Shown: in pieces, positions 27,285 through 37,895 of the stretch
Layout of the letters: the number at the start of each line of letters is the position of its first letter
How positions within the stretch are numbered: position 1 is the first letter of the stretch
Assembly (NCBI GenBank): GCA_963724415.1
Contig: CAVRUS010000011.1
Span: forward strand, 561 to 64,560
DNA: 64,000 bases
Reading direction: 5' to 3'
Source: an uncultured Actinomycetota bacterium
GTDB lineage: Bacteria; Actinomycetota; UBA4738; HRBIN12
The notes under the pieces: model-generated
What the model saw: the letters and a program-made list of their open reading frames with translations, nothing else
Databases searched by the model: none
What the model was told of the DNA's origin: nothing
Made by a program: the position numbers and the translations under genes

Positions 27285-30200
27285 CTAGCGCGTCGCCATC
27301 TCGAGTTGCTCGGCCACGCCGGCGGAGACGACGTTCCCCTTCTGCGCGTACAGCTCCCGCGCTCGGCGGAGAGCGTCCATCCGTTCGGCGGAGTCTCCGA
27401 CTGCGGACAACACCGTGGCGAGGTCCATGAGACTGTCCGCGCACATGTTCGTGTCGTCGGTCTCTTCGGCGAGCTCGACCGCCGCTCGCGCCAGGGTTGC
27501 CGCCTCGGCATGCTCGCCGCGCGCGGCAAGGACCTTCGCCTTGGCGCTCCGCCACAAGACCTGGGTCGCGAGATCGTCGTCGGCCCCGATCTCCTCCGCG
27601 ATGCGACAGAACTCCTCGGCCTCCTCCAACCGTCCCTGGGCGCAGATCGCATGCGCCAGAAGCGCTGCCGCGGTGGCCTGGTACCCGAGGTCCCCGAGCC
27701 GGGTGACCTCGTCGTACCCAGCTCGGAGGGCTCGCTCCGCGGCCGCCGGATCTCCCGCGAGCGTCTCGATGAACCCCTCGGCCTCGGAAGCGAAGGACGC
27801 CCGCATCCTGAGCCCGTGGTCCTCGAGGATCTCGAGGCTCTTGCGGACGAGTCGTCGAGCTTCATCGATCCGACCCTGCATCGCGTTCAGTGCCGCCATG
27901 CTCCGGATCGCGCCCGCCTCCGCGGTCGGATTCCCCTTCGCGAGCTCCATGATCCTCTCGCATCGAGTCATGACGTCGGCCACCGGCGCCGGCCCGAACA
28001 GGCCGGTACCCGCGTACATGCGAAGGCTTTCGGCCTCCTCATATTCGGCGCCGGCCTTCCGCGCGTGCTCGATCGCCTGTTCGAGCGCGCGGTCGGCCTT
28101 CGCGTAGGTGCTCTGCGTGAAGTGCACGTCTCCGAGCAGGCGGTACGCCCTCGCGAGCCCGAGGTCGTCACCCAGCTCCTCGAGGACGGGGATCACGCTC
28201 CCCAGCGTCTCCAACGCCTCCTCGGATCGATGCTCGGGATCCGTGAACTCCCTCAGTAGGAGCGAGACGATCTGGACGTGGGCCTCGAGGCCACGGTCTC
28301 CGTTCGCTCGCGCGCGATCGACGGCGTCGCGCAGCATCGCCTCGGCACGGGCGATCTCTCCCGTCTCCATCAGCGACTGCCCGAACTCCGGGACCAGCGC
28401 GAGCCGCCGCGGGTCATCGAGCGGGAGGAGGTCGTAGCTGCGCCCCAGAAGGGTGGCGGCCGCCTGGATGTCGCCCCTCGCCAGCGCTCGTCGGCCGACC
28501 GAGGCGAGCGTCGCGCTGGCGCGGCCGATCAAGGCGTCCGTGTCATCATCGGGTTGACCGAGCTCCATGCGGTAGCGAGCCGCTCTCTCGAGGTGATAGG
28601 CGAGGATCTCCTCGTTCTCTCCGATCCGGTCGCCGGTGGTCCGCTCGAGCCAGCCGGCGAAACGCAGGTGGAGGTCGGCCCGCAGCTCCTTGGGGGCCTG
28701 GCGGTACGCCCCCTCCTGGATGAGGAGGTGATGGAAGCCGAACGCATCCTCGCCGAACGAGGCGGAGTGGTCGGGGGCGATCAGCTCACGCCGAACGAGG
28801 CTCTGCAGGATCGGACCCACGCGCGAACGCAATCCATCGGGGACCAGATCGACAACGGCTGCCCACGAGAAGATCTTGCCGATCACGGCGCCGCCGTGGA
28901 TCACGGCTCGCTCTTCCGCCGTGAGTCGATCCAGGCGAGCCCCGACGAGGGCCTGGATCGTCGGCGGGACCGTCGCGAGCGCGGCCTCCCTCGTCGACCC
29001 CCCGGCGTCCGCACCCTGGGCTTCGAGCACGCCGTCGTCCCGGAGCATCTTGACCATCTCCACGACGAACAGCGGATTGCCGCTTCCCACCTCGGAGATC
29101 CGTCCGCGGAGCCCGGCGCTCAGATCGCCGCCCTGGAGGAGCTCGTCGATCAACGTCCCGATCTCATCCGCTGCCAGCGGCTGCAGGTGAAGGATCGCCG
29201 CGTTCGGCAGGTGGGCCGCCCATCCGGATCGTTCCTCCAGCACATCGCTCCGGGCGAGGCAGAGGACGAGGATCGGGGCGTCCCGGCACGAGCGCAGGAG
29301 GTACTCGAGAAGATCGAGGAGCGCGGGTTCGGCCCACTGCAGGTCGTCCAAGATCACGACGAGCGGATGTTCCCGGGCTACCTGCTCCAGCAGCCGGCGG
29401 ATCGCCCAGAAGGTCTCCTGCATCCCCACGGTGGCGTCCGCCAGACCGATCGCTGCTGCGACCCGGTCGAACAGCAATCCTGATTCCTCGGCGCCGCGCA
29501 AGAGCGCCTGCAGCTTGGAGCGGGCGATCTCGAGGGGATCGTCGAGATCGATCCCCGCGAGCTCACGGACCGCCTCGGCCACCGGCCAGAACGTGATGCC
29601 GTCACCGTAGGGGAGGCATCGTCCCTCGATCGTGATCGCTTCGCCTTCGATGCCGGTGACGAATTCGCTCGCGAGCCGTGACTTGCCGGCCCCAGCGGTT
29701 CCCGTGACCGTGAGGAGCCGGCAGGCTCGCTGCGCGATAGCCAGGTCGAACGCCTCGCGCATCCGGCCGATCTCATCAGCACGACCCACCAGGGGAGGAT
29801 CTGCTCGCTTCGGCCGCTCGCCGAACGCGGTGGTGTCGAGCAGTCGGTAGGCCGTTACCGGCAGGCGCTTCCCTTTGAGGACCAGGGAGGCTCCTTCATC
29901 GACCGAGACGGAATCGCGAACCAAATCGTAGGTCTCCCGCCCGAGGAGGATCTCCCCAGGGGCCGCGGCTTGCTGGAGTCGAGCGGCCAGGTTCACGGCT
30001 CCTCCGACGACGGCTGGGCCCGAAGCGGAGCCAGAGACGAAAACCTCTCCGGTGCTCACGCCGGTTCGCGTGGTGATCGAGACACCGGCCGTGCGCTCCA
30101 GGTCGTCGTTGAGCGAAGTCAGTGCGCTCCGCATGTCGGCCGCCGCACGCGTCGCCCGAAGGGCATCGTCCTCGTGCATCCGCGGGATGCCGAAGACCGC

Positions 30201-30473
30201 CATCACCGCGTCGCCGATGTACTTCTCGACCGTGCCACCGTGCCGTTCGAGCACGCGGCGCATCTCCTCGAAGAACCTGGTCATCACCCGCCGAACCGTC
30301 TCGGGGTCGAGCTCGTCGCCCATCGGGGTGGAGCCGACCACGTCGCAGAAGACGATCGAAACGGTCTTCCTCGCCATGCCGAGCGCGGGCACGGCCGTCA
30401 GCGGGGTGGCACATGACATACAGAAGCGGGCGGGTTCCGGGTTGTCCCGGCCACACGATCCACAGATCGGCAT
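27285..30473 (-). CDS. zinc-ribbon / class III cyclase / STAND NTPase / TPR protein, paralog 2
   Basis: 1062 aa. CGSCG..CMSC ribbon, VSIVFCDVVGST and KYIGDAVMAVFG cyclase motifs, P-loop GTAGAGKS, and a TPR C-terminus. Confidence 0.9.
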   Translation of the reverse strand: MPICGSCGRDNPEPARFCMSCATPLTAVPALGMARKTVSIVFCDVVGSTPMGDELDPETVRRVMTRFFEEMRRVLERHGGTVEKYIGDAVMAVFGIPRMHEDDALRATRAAADMRSALTSLNDDLERTAGVSITTRTGVSTGEVFVSGSASGPAVVGGAVNLAARLQQAAAPGEILLGRETYDLVRDSVSVDEGASLVLKGKRLPVTAYRLLDTTAFGERPKRADPPLVGRADEIGRMREAFDLAIAQRACRLLTVTGTAGAGKSRLASEFVTGIEGEAITIEGRCLPYGDGITFWPVAEAVRELAGIDLDDPLEIARSKLQALLRGAEESGLLFDRVAAAIGLADATVGMQETFWAIRRLLEQVAREHPLVVILDDLQWAEPALLDLLEYLLRSCRDAPILVLCLARSDVLEERSGWAAHLPNAAILHLQPLAADEIGTLIDELLQGGDLSAGLRGRISEVGSGNPLFVVEMVKMLRDDGVLEAQGADAGGSTREAALATVPPTIQALVGARLDRLTAEERAVIHGGAVIGKIFSWAAVVDLVPDGLRSRVGPILQSLVRRELIAPDHSASFGEDAFGFHHLLIQEGAYRQAPKELRADLHLRFAGWLERTTGDRIGENEEILAYHLERAARYRMELGQPDDDTDALIGRASATLASVGRRALARGDIQAAATLLGRSYDLLPLDDPRRLALVPEFGQSLMETGEIARAEAMLRDAVDRARANGDRGLEAHVQIVSLLLREFTDPEHRSEEALETLGSVIPVLEELGDDLGLARAYRLLGDVHFTQSTYAKADRALEQAIEHARKAGAEYEEAESLRMYAGTGLFGPAPVADVMTRCERIMELAKGNPTAEAGAIRSMAALNAMQGRIDEARRLVRKSLEILEDHGLRMRASFASEAEGFIETLAGDPAAAERALRAGYDEVTRLGDLGYQATAAALLAHAICAQGRLEEAEEFCRIAEEIGADDDLATQVLWRSAKAKVLAARGEHAEAATLARAAVELAEETDDTNMCADSLMDLATVLSAVGDSAERMDALRRARELYAQKGNVVSAGVAEQLEMATR

Positions 30474-30599
30474 GTCGGTCGGAGTGTAGGCACCCGACCT
30501 CGACCACCGATAGTGCTGCGCGAGAGAGGCCTGCCGAGTTGACCAGATGGGTCGACCGCATCAGAGTCGCCGCACGGCTCAACTCGGGGAGGGGGTCAC

Positions 30600-30764
30600 G
30601 TGCCGAAGCGATACCGGATCGAGATGACGCTGTTCAACGGCAACACGCAGCTGGAGCCAACAGACACACATCCTGAGGACTATGAGAGCGACGAGGAGGC
30701 GAAGGCGAAGTTCGCGGAGAAGAAGAAGGCTGCTCGCGAAGCGGGTAAGGGACGGCCCGCCTAG
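30600..30764 (+). CDS. small ORF (54 aa, Lys/Glu-rich)
   Basis: GTG at 30600 is preceded by GGGGAGGGGG. Product: VPKRYRIEMTLFNGNTQLEPTDTHPEDYESDEEAKAKFAEKKKAAREAGKGRPA. Confidence 0.4.
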   Translation: MPKRYRIEMTLFNGNTQLEPTDTHPEDYESDEEAKAKFAEKKKAAREAGKGRPA

Positions 30765-30770
30765 TCGCGG

Positions 30771-31337
30771 TTACCCCGTGTCCTGATCGTCCGAAGGCTT
30801 CGCCCCCGCGCCCGGGATCGTCTCGCTCGGCGGCAGATGGAGCAGGCTCTGCACGCGGCGGACACCTGGAACCTCGCGGGTGAGGTCGACGACCTCCCCG
30901 AAGGTGTGCCGGTCGTGAAGGTCGCCGGACAGGTACGCCACGCCGTTGACCACGTCGATCACAAGGTCGTCCGCACTCAGATCGGGTCGTCGTTCGAGAC
31001 TGGCTCGGACCTGACCGGCGATGCGAGCATCCTTTCCTTGGCCGGCGCCGAGGGGTCCCGCCTCCACGTCCTCTGTCGGACGTCCGGGCCGAGGAGCCGC
31101 GATCGGCTCGGGGCTGGGCACCCGAGAGACGGCGGTGTCGAGAGGACTCGGCGGGATCGGTGCCAGGTTCTCGGGAAGCGGCGACCCATCGTCTTCCCGG
31201 TGGTACGAAGGCCGGCGGGTGATCCTGGTGAGCATCGACCGGAGGTGTTCTCGCCGCGAGCCTCCGTTGATGGGATCGAACAGATAGACAGCGGCGGCCC
31301 CAGCGAGGGCCGCCAGGATCGCACTGCGGGTCCGCAT
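30771..31337 (-). CDS. BON domain-containing protein
   Basis: Start at MRTRSAILAALAGAAAVYLF (signal/TM) with a GAGGAG SD. C-terminal IAGQVRASLERRPDLSADDLVIDVVNGVAYLSGDL is a BON motif. Confidence 0.65.
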   Translation of the reverse strand: MRTRSAILAALAGAAAVYLFDPINGGSRREHLRSMLTRITRRPSYHREDDGSPLPENLAPIPPSPLDTAVSRVPSPEPIAAPRPGRPTEDVEAGPLGAGQGKDARIAGQVRASLERRPDLSADDLVIDVVNGVAYLSGDLHDRHTFGEVVDLTREVPGVRRVQSLLHLPPSETIPGAGAKPSDDQDTG

Positions 31338-31461
31338 GATGTCTCCTCGGGGGTCGGCTCCGGTCCGAACTCGGCCCTTCCATCCTCCGCAAGTCGGGCC
31401 CGGGCGGCATCGACAGGAAGACCTACCGCATCCGCGGGAGGGGTGGAGGAGGGCGGAGCCG

Positions 31462-32118
31462 ATGGTCGAGGATGGACCGATGTCCCCGAGCGAACCCGCA
31501 CCACGGAGCGGCCTGACCGCGCGCTTCGTCCAGCTGTTCGCCGGCCTGGTGCTCTTCGGTGTCAGCCTCGCGCTCCTCGTCCGGAGCGAGCTGGGTCTCG
31601 ACCCTTGGGACGTCTTCCACCAGGGCCTCTCGGTCGCGACCGGCCTGTCGATCGGCGCGTGCACGATCGTTGCCGGCGTCGTCGTTCTCCTGCTCTGGAT
31701 CCCGCTGCGTCAGCGGCCGGGTATCGGCACCGTCGCCAATGTCGTGCTGGTTGGGCTCTCGCTCGACGCCGTCCTGCTCCTGATCCCTCCTACCGCCGAC
31801 CTCGGGCTCCGCTGGGCCTATCTCGTCGCAGGCATCGTCCTGAACGGGATCGCGACCGGCGCCTACATCGGTGCCGGGCTCGGCCCCGGACCGCGGGACG
31901 GGCTGATGGTCGGGCTCGCGCGCGACGGCCGGTCGCTCCGCGTCGTGCGGACGGCGATCGAGGTGTCGGTGCTCATCGTGGGATGGCTCCTGGGAGGGAC
32001 CGTCGGCATCGGAACGGTGCTCTTCGCGTTGACGATCGGGCCGATCGTCCACCGGACGGTGCCCGCGTTCTCTCGGCACGCGGTCCACGTTCCGCGAGGA
32101 GGGTTCCCCGCGACGTAG
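31462..32118 (+). CDS. membrane protein (YczE/YitT-like)
   Basis: ATG at 31462 with SD GGAGGAGGG. About 5 TM helices. Confidence 0.55.
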   Translation: MVEDGPMSPSEPAPRSGLTARFVQLFAGLVLFGVSLALLVRSELGLDPWDVFHQGLSVATGLSIGACTIVAGVVVLLLWIPLRQRPGIGTVANVVLVGLSLDAVLLLIPPTADLGLRWAYLVAGIVLNGIATGAYIGAGLGPGPRDGLMVGLARDGRSLRVVRTAIEVSVLIVGWLLGGTVGIGTVLFALTIGPIVHRTVPAFSRHAVHVPRGGFPAT

Positions 32119-32137
32119 CCGCTGCGAGATCGATCGC

Positions 32138-32455
32138 TCAGAGGATCGAGTCGTGGATGAGGATCGAGGTGATCGCCGCCCCGAAGGCGGCGAACCCCAT
32201 CCCGATGATCGCGAGGGCGATCCCGAAGCCGGCGGTTCCCCGTCCACGTGCACCGCCGGGAGCATGCATCGCGCGCGCGGCGAGCCAGATGCTCGCGATC
32301 CCGAGGACGAGGCCCACCAGGAAGATCCCGAGCGGCCACGACTCGAACAGTCGCGCCGTCACGAAAGTCCCGAGGATCGAGAGCACTCCCATCGTCAGCG
32401 ACAGGTCACCGACGAGGGCGACGTCGGGAACGTCGGGATCATTTGGCGCCTTCAT
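32138..32455 (-). CDS. small membrane protein
   Basis: 105 aa with three hydrophobic helices. Confidence 0.45.
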   Translation of the reverse strand: MKAPNDPDVPDVALVGDLSLTMGVLSILGTFVTARLFESWPLGIFLVGLVLGIASIWLAARAMHAPGGARGRGTAGFGIALAIIGMGFAAFGAAITSILIHDSIL

Positions 32456-32577
32456 AGTGAGGTGATCATCGACTGGGATGCGCGGCGTGCCTAGACGGGA
32501 ACGTGCTCAACTCATGACGCCGGAGTCCTCGTAGCGCGTGGGCTGTTCGTCCCAGCGGTCTGGGCACCTCAGGAAGG

Positions 32578-33355
32578 TCAGCGAGCGATCGCTCCCGCCG
32601 CTCGCACGATCGCGGGGAGGACCTCGCCGATCGGAGCTCGGATCGTCACGTCGGCTCCGTCGTCGAGCGGGGTCTCGCCCTGGTTCACGATGACCAACCG
32701 CGCGCCGCGCCGGTGGGCATCGACGGCGAGCGTCGCGGCCGGCTGCACGGTGAGCGTCGTCCCGATCGCGAGGAACAGGTCACACGCGCTCGAGGCCACG
32801 ACCGCCGTCTCGAGCACGAGCGGATCGAGGCGCTCGCCGAACGCCACCGTCGCCGACTTCTGGATGCCGCCGCACTCGGTGCACGCAGGGTCGGGCTCGC
32901 CGGCGCGGACGCGATCGAGCTGCTCCTGCATCGGCGTGCGGCGGTCGCACGACAGGCACTTCGCCTGGTGGATCGTCCCGTGCAGCTCGAGCACCCGCTC
33001 GGAGCCGGCCGCCTGGTGGAGCCCGTCGATGTTCTGGGTCATCAGCGCGAGCAGCGTGCCGCGCCGCTCCAGCTCGGCGAGCGCACGATGCCCGTCGTTC
33101 GGCTGCGCCGTCCACGCCGGGTGGCGCATCCGCTCCTGCCACGCCTGGACGCGGACCTGTGGATCGCGCACGTAGTCCTCGATGTTCACGAGCTTCATCC
33201 GCTCGGGGTTCGTGGTCCACACGCCGTTCGGCCCTCGGAAGTCGGGGATGCCCGACTCGGTGCTGATGCCCGGCCCCGGTCAGGACGACGATCCGCTCGG
33301 ATGTGCGGATATCGCCGGCAACTCGTTCGATCGAACGTTCGGGCTCGTCGCTCAC
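32578..33355 (-). pseudogene. Sir2-family NAD-dependent deacylase with a frameshift in a G/C run near 33270
   Basis: The C-terminal catalytic and Zn-binding part (QNIDGLH, CLSCDRR, CTECGG) is in ORF 32578-33222. The N-terminal GAGISTESGIPDFRGPNG is only readable after a 1-nt shift at ..accggggccgggcatc.. Confidence 0.7.
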
Positions 33356-33431
33356 GCAGTGGAGCCTAGGCCGGTTCACGAGCGAGTTGTCGGATCTGAT
33401 TGGATATAACGACTCTGTTATCATCGCGCAG

Positions 33432-33737
33432 ATGAGAGCAGGCACGATTCTTCGGGAGGCTCGGCATCGAGCCGGGCTCACGCAGCGTGAGCTCGCGCGC
33501 AGGGCGGGTGTGCCCCAGCCGGCGGTCTCCCGGATCGAGCGCAACCACGTCTCCCCGCGACTCGAGACGCTCGACGTCCTGCTCCGCGGATGTGGCCTCG
33601 CCCTCGACCTGGTTGAGCGACCCGGCCTCGGCGTCGATCGGACGTTGATCCAGGAGCGACTGCGCCTCTCGCCGATCGAACGCGCGCGGCTGACCGCCCG
33701 GGAATGGAACCGGACGCGCGGCCTCTCGTCGGGGTGA
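33432..33737 (+). CDS. XRE-family HTH transcriptional regulator
   Basis: LTQRELARRAGVPQPAVSRIERN is the HTH. The upstream region is AT-richer (ggatataacgactctgttatcat). Confidence 0.75.
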   Translation: MRAGTILREARHRAGLTQRELARRAGVPQPAVSRIERNHVSPRLETLDVLLRGCGLALDLVERPGLGVDRTLIQERLRLSPIERARLTAREWNRTRGLSSG

Positions 33738-33809
33738 CACCCTCTGAGCGAACCTGCCTTCGACCCCATCGCCGGTCTCCGGACGCTCGTCGAGCACGGC
33801 GTCCGCTTC

Positions 33810-34235
33810 GTGTTGATCGGCGGCTACGCGGCTGCGCTCCGCGGCTCGCCGATGATGACGGGCGACGTCGACATCTGCCCGGCTCGCGATCGCGGCAACC
33901 TCGATCGGATGGCCGAAGCTCTGCAAAGCCTGCACGCCCGCCTCCGTGGAGCACCGGCCGATGTCCCGTTCTTGCTCGACGGCCGGACACTCGAGGCGGG
34001 TGACCACTTCACGTTCTCGACCGACGCGGGTCCCATGGACTGCCTGAGCACGCCGGCCGGGACCGATGGGTTCGTGGACCTCGATGCGTCGGCCACCGAC
34101 GAGGACCTCGACGGGCTCGTCGTCCGCGTGGCCTCCCTCGACGACCTGATCCGCATGAAGCGCGCTGCCGACCGGCCACAGGACCGGATCGCGGTCGAGT
34201 GGCTCTCTGCGCTCCGCGACGAGCTCGAAAGCTGA
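33810..34235 (+). CDS. nucleotidyltransferase-fold protein (AbiEii-like / MNT-like)
   Basis: LIGGYAAALRGSPMMTGDVDI fits the GG..A....GS....T.D.D pattern. It starts 70 nt after the XRE stop, and the ORF is open back to 33738 so a non-ATG start is possible. Confidence 0.55.
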   Translation: MLIGGYAAALRGSPMMTGDVDICPARDRGNLDRMAEALQSLHARLRGAPADVPFLLDGRTLEAGDHFTFSTDAGPMDCLSTPAGTDGFVDLDASATDEDLDGLVVRVASLDDLIRMKRAADRPQDRIAVEWLSALRDELES

Positions 34236-34328
34236 GCGCCGGCGCTCTCGCGGGCGCCTGAGTCGATACGGTCTTGCGTGTCGCCGAGACGGCTGGCCGA
34301 CACCTTTCCGTGAGCGGAGGAGGGTTCG

Positions 34329-34658
34329 ATGGCACAAGCGAACGCGATCATCGTCAGGATCCGGGCGGACGCGGCCGAGGAGTTCGAGCGGCTGTTCGAG
34401 GCGGAGGAGCTGCCGATCTGGGACGAGTTCGTCTCCACCGGCGCCTTCCTGAAGGCGCGGCTCGCTCGCGTGGAGTACGGGTCGGAGGAGCGCGAGGACG
34501 TCGCCCTCTATCTGATCTATGCGGAGGTGCCGGGGATGGCCGAGCACTCCGCGCACGACCGCGATCCACGGTTCGGGACCTTCCTCGAGAAGGCTCGTGG
34601 GCTCCAGCCCGAGAGCCCATCCGTCTTCGGAGGCAACGTGATCTTCGAACGCGGATAG
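34329..34658 (+). CDS. hypothetical small protein
   Basis: 109 aa. The SD GAGGAGGG precedes the ATG. Confidence 0.55.
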   Translation: MAQANAIIVRIRADAAEEFERLFEAEELPIWDEFVSTGAFLKARLARVEYGSEEREDVALYLIYAEVPGMAEHSAHDRDPRFGTFLEKARGLQPESPSVFGGNVIFERG

Positions 34659-34705
34659 GCGGATCCCGCCTCGTCCTCGGGAAGCGCGTGGCATAGGCTC
34701 CACTG

Positions 34706-37700
34706 GTGCTGACCTGCGCGAACTGCGGGCGAGAGTCTCCGGAGGACTTCGCGTTCTGCCCGGCGTGCTCGGCGCCGTTGGCTCCGGCCGGCGGCCAGGA
34801 CGTCCGGAAGACCGTGACGGTCGTCTTCTGCGACGTCACCGGCTCGACCGCGATGGGCGAACGCCTCGATCCCGAGTCGCTCCGCCGGGTGATGTCGCGC
34901 TACTTCGCCGAGATGCGGGCGGCGCTGGAGCGCCACGGGGGCACCGTGGAGAAGTTCATCGGCGACGCGGTGATGGCGGTGTTCGGCGTCCCGGCGATCC
35001 ACGAGGACGATGCCCTTCGGGCCGTTCGCGCCGCCGCTGAGATGCGAGAGGCCCTCGCAGGTCCTCAACAAGGAGCTGGAGCGCGACCACGGCGTTTCGC
35101 TCGCCGCCCGGATCGGGGTGAACACCGGCGAGGTTGTCGCGGGTGACCACGGCCGACACGCTCGTCACCGGCGACGCCGTGAACGTCGCCGCCCGTCTGG
35201 AGCAGGCCGCGGAGCCGGGGACCGTCCTCATCGGCGAGGAGACGCTCCGCCTCGTCCGGGACGCGGTGGTCGTCGAGCCGGTCCCACCGCTCGAGGTCAA
35301 GGGCAAGTCGGAGCCGCTCGCCGCGTTCCGTCTGGTCGAGGTGACGGCCGGGGTCGCCGGGGTCGCGCGTCGCCTGGACTCGCCGATGGTCGGCCGGGAG
35401 CGTGAGCTCGCCCGGCTCCGGCAGGCGTTCGAGGCCGCGATCGCCGACCGCTCGTGTCAGCTGTTCACGATCCTCGGCACCCCCGGGGTCGGCAAGTCCC
35501 GGTTGGTCGAGGAGTTCCTCGGTTCGCTCGGAGAGGCCACGGTCCTTCGAGGTCGCTGCCTCCCGTACGGCGAGGGGATCACGTTCTTCCCCGTCGGGGA
35601 GGTCGTGAAGGAGGCGGCCGGCCTCGAGGACTTCGACGCACCGGACGAGATCGAGCGGAAGATCTGCGCGGTGCATCGGCACGGACGGCCCGGCGTGCTC
35701 GACGCTCGCGCAACTGTTCGCCGCGGCCGATCGTGACAGCTCGGTCGAGGAGACGTTCTGGGCGGTCCGGTCGTTCCTGGAGGCGGTCGCGCAGACCGCA
35801 CCGCTCGCCGTGGTGTTCGACGACATCCACTGGGGAGAGCCCACGTTCCTGGACCTGATCGAGCACATCACGGACTGGGCGCGCGAGGCGCCGATCCTGG
35901 TGCTCTGCGTCGCGCGGCCCGAGCTGCTGGACGAGCGGGCGGGCTGGGGCGGCGGCAAGTTCAACGCCACGACGATCTCCCTCGAGCCACTCTCCGACGA
36001 CGAGTGCGGCGACCTGATCGGGAACCTGCTCGGCCGCGCGCCGCTTCCGGAGGAGGCGCGGGACCGGATCCTCGCCGCGGCCGAGGGCACGCCGTTGTTC
36101 GTCGAGGAGATGCTCTCGATGCTGATCGACGAAGGATTGCTGGCTCGCGACGGCGACCGATGGGTGGCGACCGGATCGCTGTCCGACCTGCGGGTGCCGC
36201 CGACGATCCAGGCGCTGCTGGCCGCGCGGCTCGATCAGCTCACCGGCGACGAACGCGCGGCGATCCAGCGGGCGGCGGTGTGCGGCAAGCAGTTCCACGT
36301 GGGCGCGGTGGCGGCGTTGCTGGACGGCGAGGGCCGGGAGGTGCGGCCGACCCTGATGAGCCTGGTCCGGCGGGACCTGATCCGGCCGGACCGGTCGATC
36401 GCTGGCGGGCGAGGACGCGTTCCGGTTCCGCCACCAGCTGATCCGCGACGCCGCCTACGAGGCCGCGCCCAAGGCGCTCCGCGCCGAGCTCCACGAGCGG
36501 TACGCCGACTGGCTCGAGGGCGTCGGGGAGGCTCGTGTCGAGGAGTTCGAGGAGATCCTCGCCTACCACCTGGAACGGGCGCACCGACTGCTCGAGGAGC
36601 TCGGACCACTGGACGAGGCCGGGCGCGAGCTGGGGCTCCGGGCCGCCGGGCACTACGCGGCGAGCGCCCGCCGTGCGTCGGATCGGAGCGACGATCGGGC
36701 GGCCGCGACACTGTTCCGGCACGCGGCCGACCTCCTTCCCGAGGGTCATCCGGATCGACCGCGCGCCCTGTACGACGTCGGGCGCGCGAGCCTGCGCGGC
36801 CTCGACCCACGCGTGGCGTCCGCCGCGCTCGACGAGGCCGTGGCGGCTGCCGCCGCGAGCGGACAGCGATCGATCGAGTGGATGGCCAGGATCGACCGGG
36901 GCCTCATGCAGATGATGATCGACCCGCATCGGGTTCACCAACGACGACTTCCGGGCGGAGGTGGCCGCGGCGAGGGCCGAGCTCGAGGCGGGCGGCGACG
37001 ACGAGGCGCTCGCGATCGTGTGGATGGGGCTGGTGCAGGTGGAGTGGATCCCGTGCCGCTTCGACGCGGCGAGGGAGGCGACGATCCACGCCGTCGAGCA
37101 CGCTCGTCGCATCCGGGATCGGTCGCTCCTGATGGACGCGATGTCGCTCCAGGGTGGGCGCCGAGCTGCTCGGCTCGACGACGCCGGCCGAAGGGAGGCC
37201 GTCTGCTCGATGCGGTGACGGCCGAGTTCGGACAGGAGGACTTCATCGGACATGCGGCCCTGATCCAGGAAGCGTGCTTCGACGCGTTGACCGGAGATTT
37301 CGATCGGGCGCGCGAACGGCATCAGTGAGTCCGAGGCGCTCGCCGAACGATTCGGTTCGGACCTGTGGGTCACGGCGAGCTACGAGTTCGGCGGCGAGAT
37401 CGAGATGATGGCGGGCGACTCCGAGGCGGCGGAGCGATCGTTCCGCAAGGAATACGAGATCCATCAGCGCCTCGGCGACGAGGGACACGGGTCGACCGCC
37501 GCGGCCTACCTCGCCCTGGCGCTCTGCTCGTCTCGGTCGGTTCGACGAGGCGGAAGAGTTCGCCACGATCGCGCGCGACGATCGGCGCCGACGACGACCT
37601 GGCCACGCAGGCGAGCGCCCGCTCCGCCCAGGCGCTGGTCCGGTCCGCACGGGGCGAGCACGACGAGGCGCACCGGCTCGCGCGAGAGGCCGTCGACATG

Positions 37701-37893
37701 TACGCGGGAGGCGCAGAGTCCCTGGTTCCACGGGGACACCCTGATGACGCTCGCGGAGGTCGCACGCGCGGCCGGCCTCGACCGAGGAGGCGGCGGAAGC
37801 GGCGCGCGCCGCGTTGGCGGCCTACGAGCGCAAGGGGCACGAGCCGGGGATGGCGTCCGCGCGGGCGTTGATCGACGAAGTCTCGGCCGGCTG
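34706..37893 (+). pseudogene. zinc-ribbon / cyclase / STAND / TPR paralog 3, disrupted by at least 6 frameshifts
   Basis: The pieces lie in different frames (34706-35146, 35134-35736, 35810-37132, 36961-37218, 37405-37971) yet align collinearly with paralog 4: CANCG..CPAC ribbon, VTVVFCDVTGST, GTPGVGKS, VFDDIHWGEPTFLDLIEH. Confidence 0.8.
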
Positions 37894-37895
37894 AC

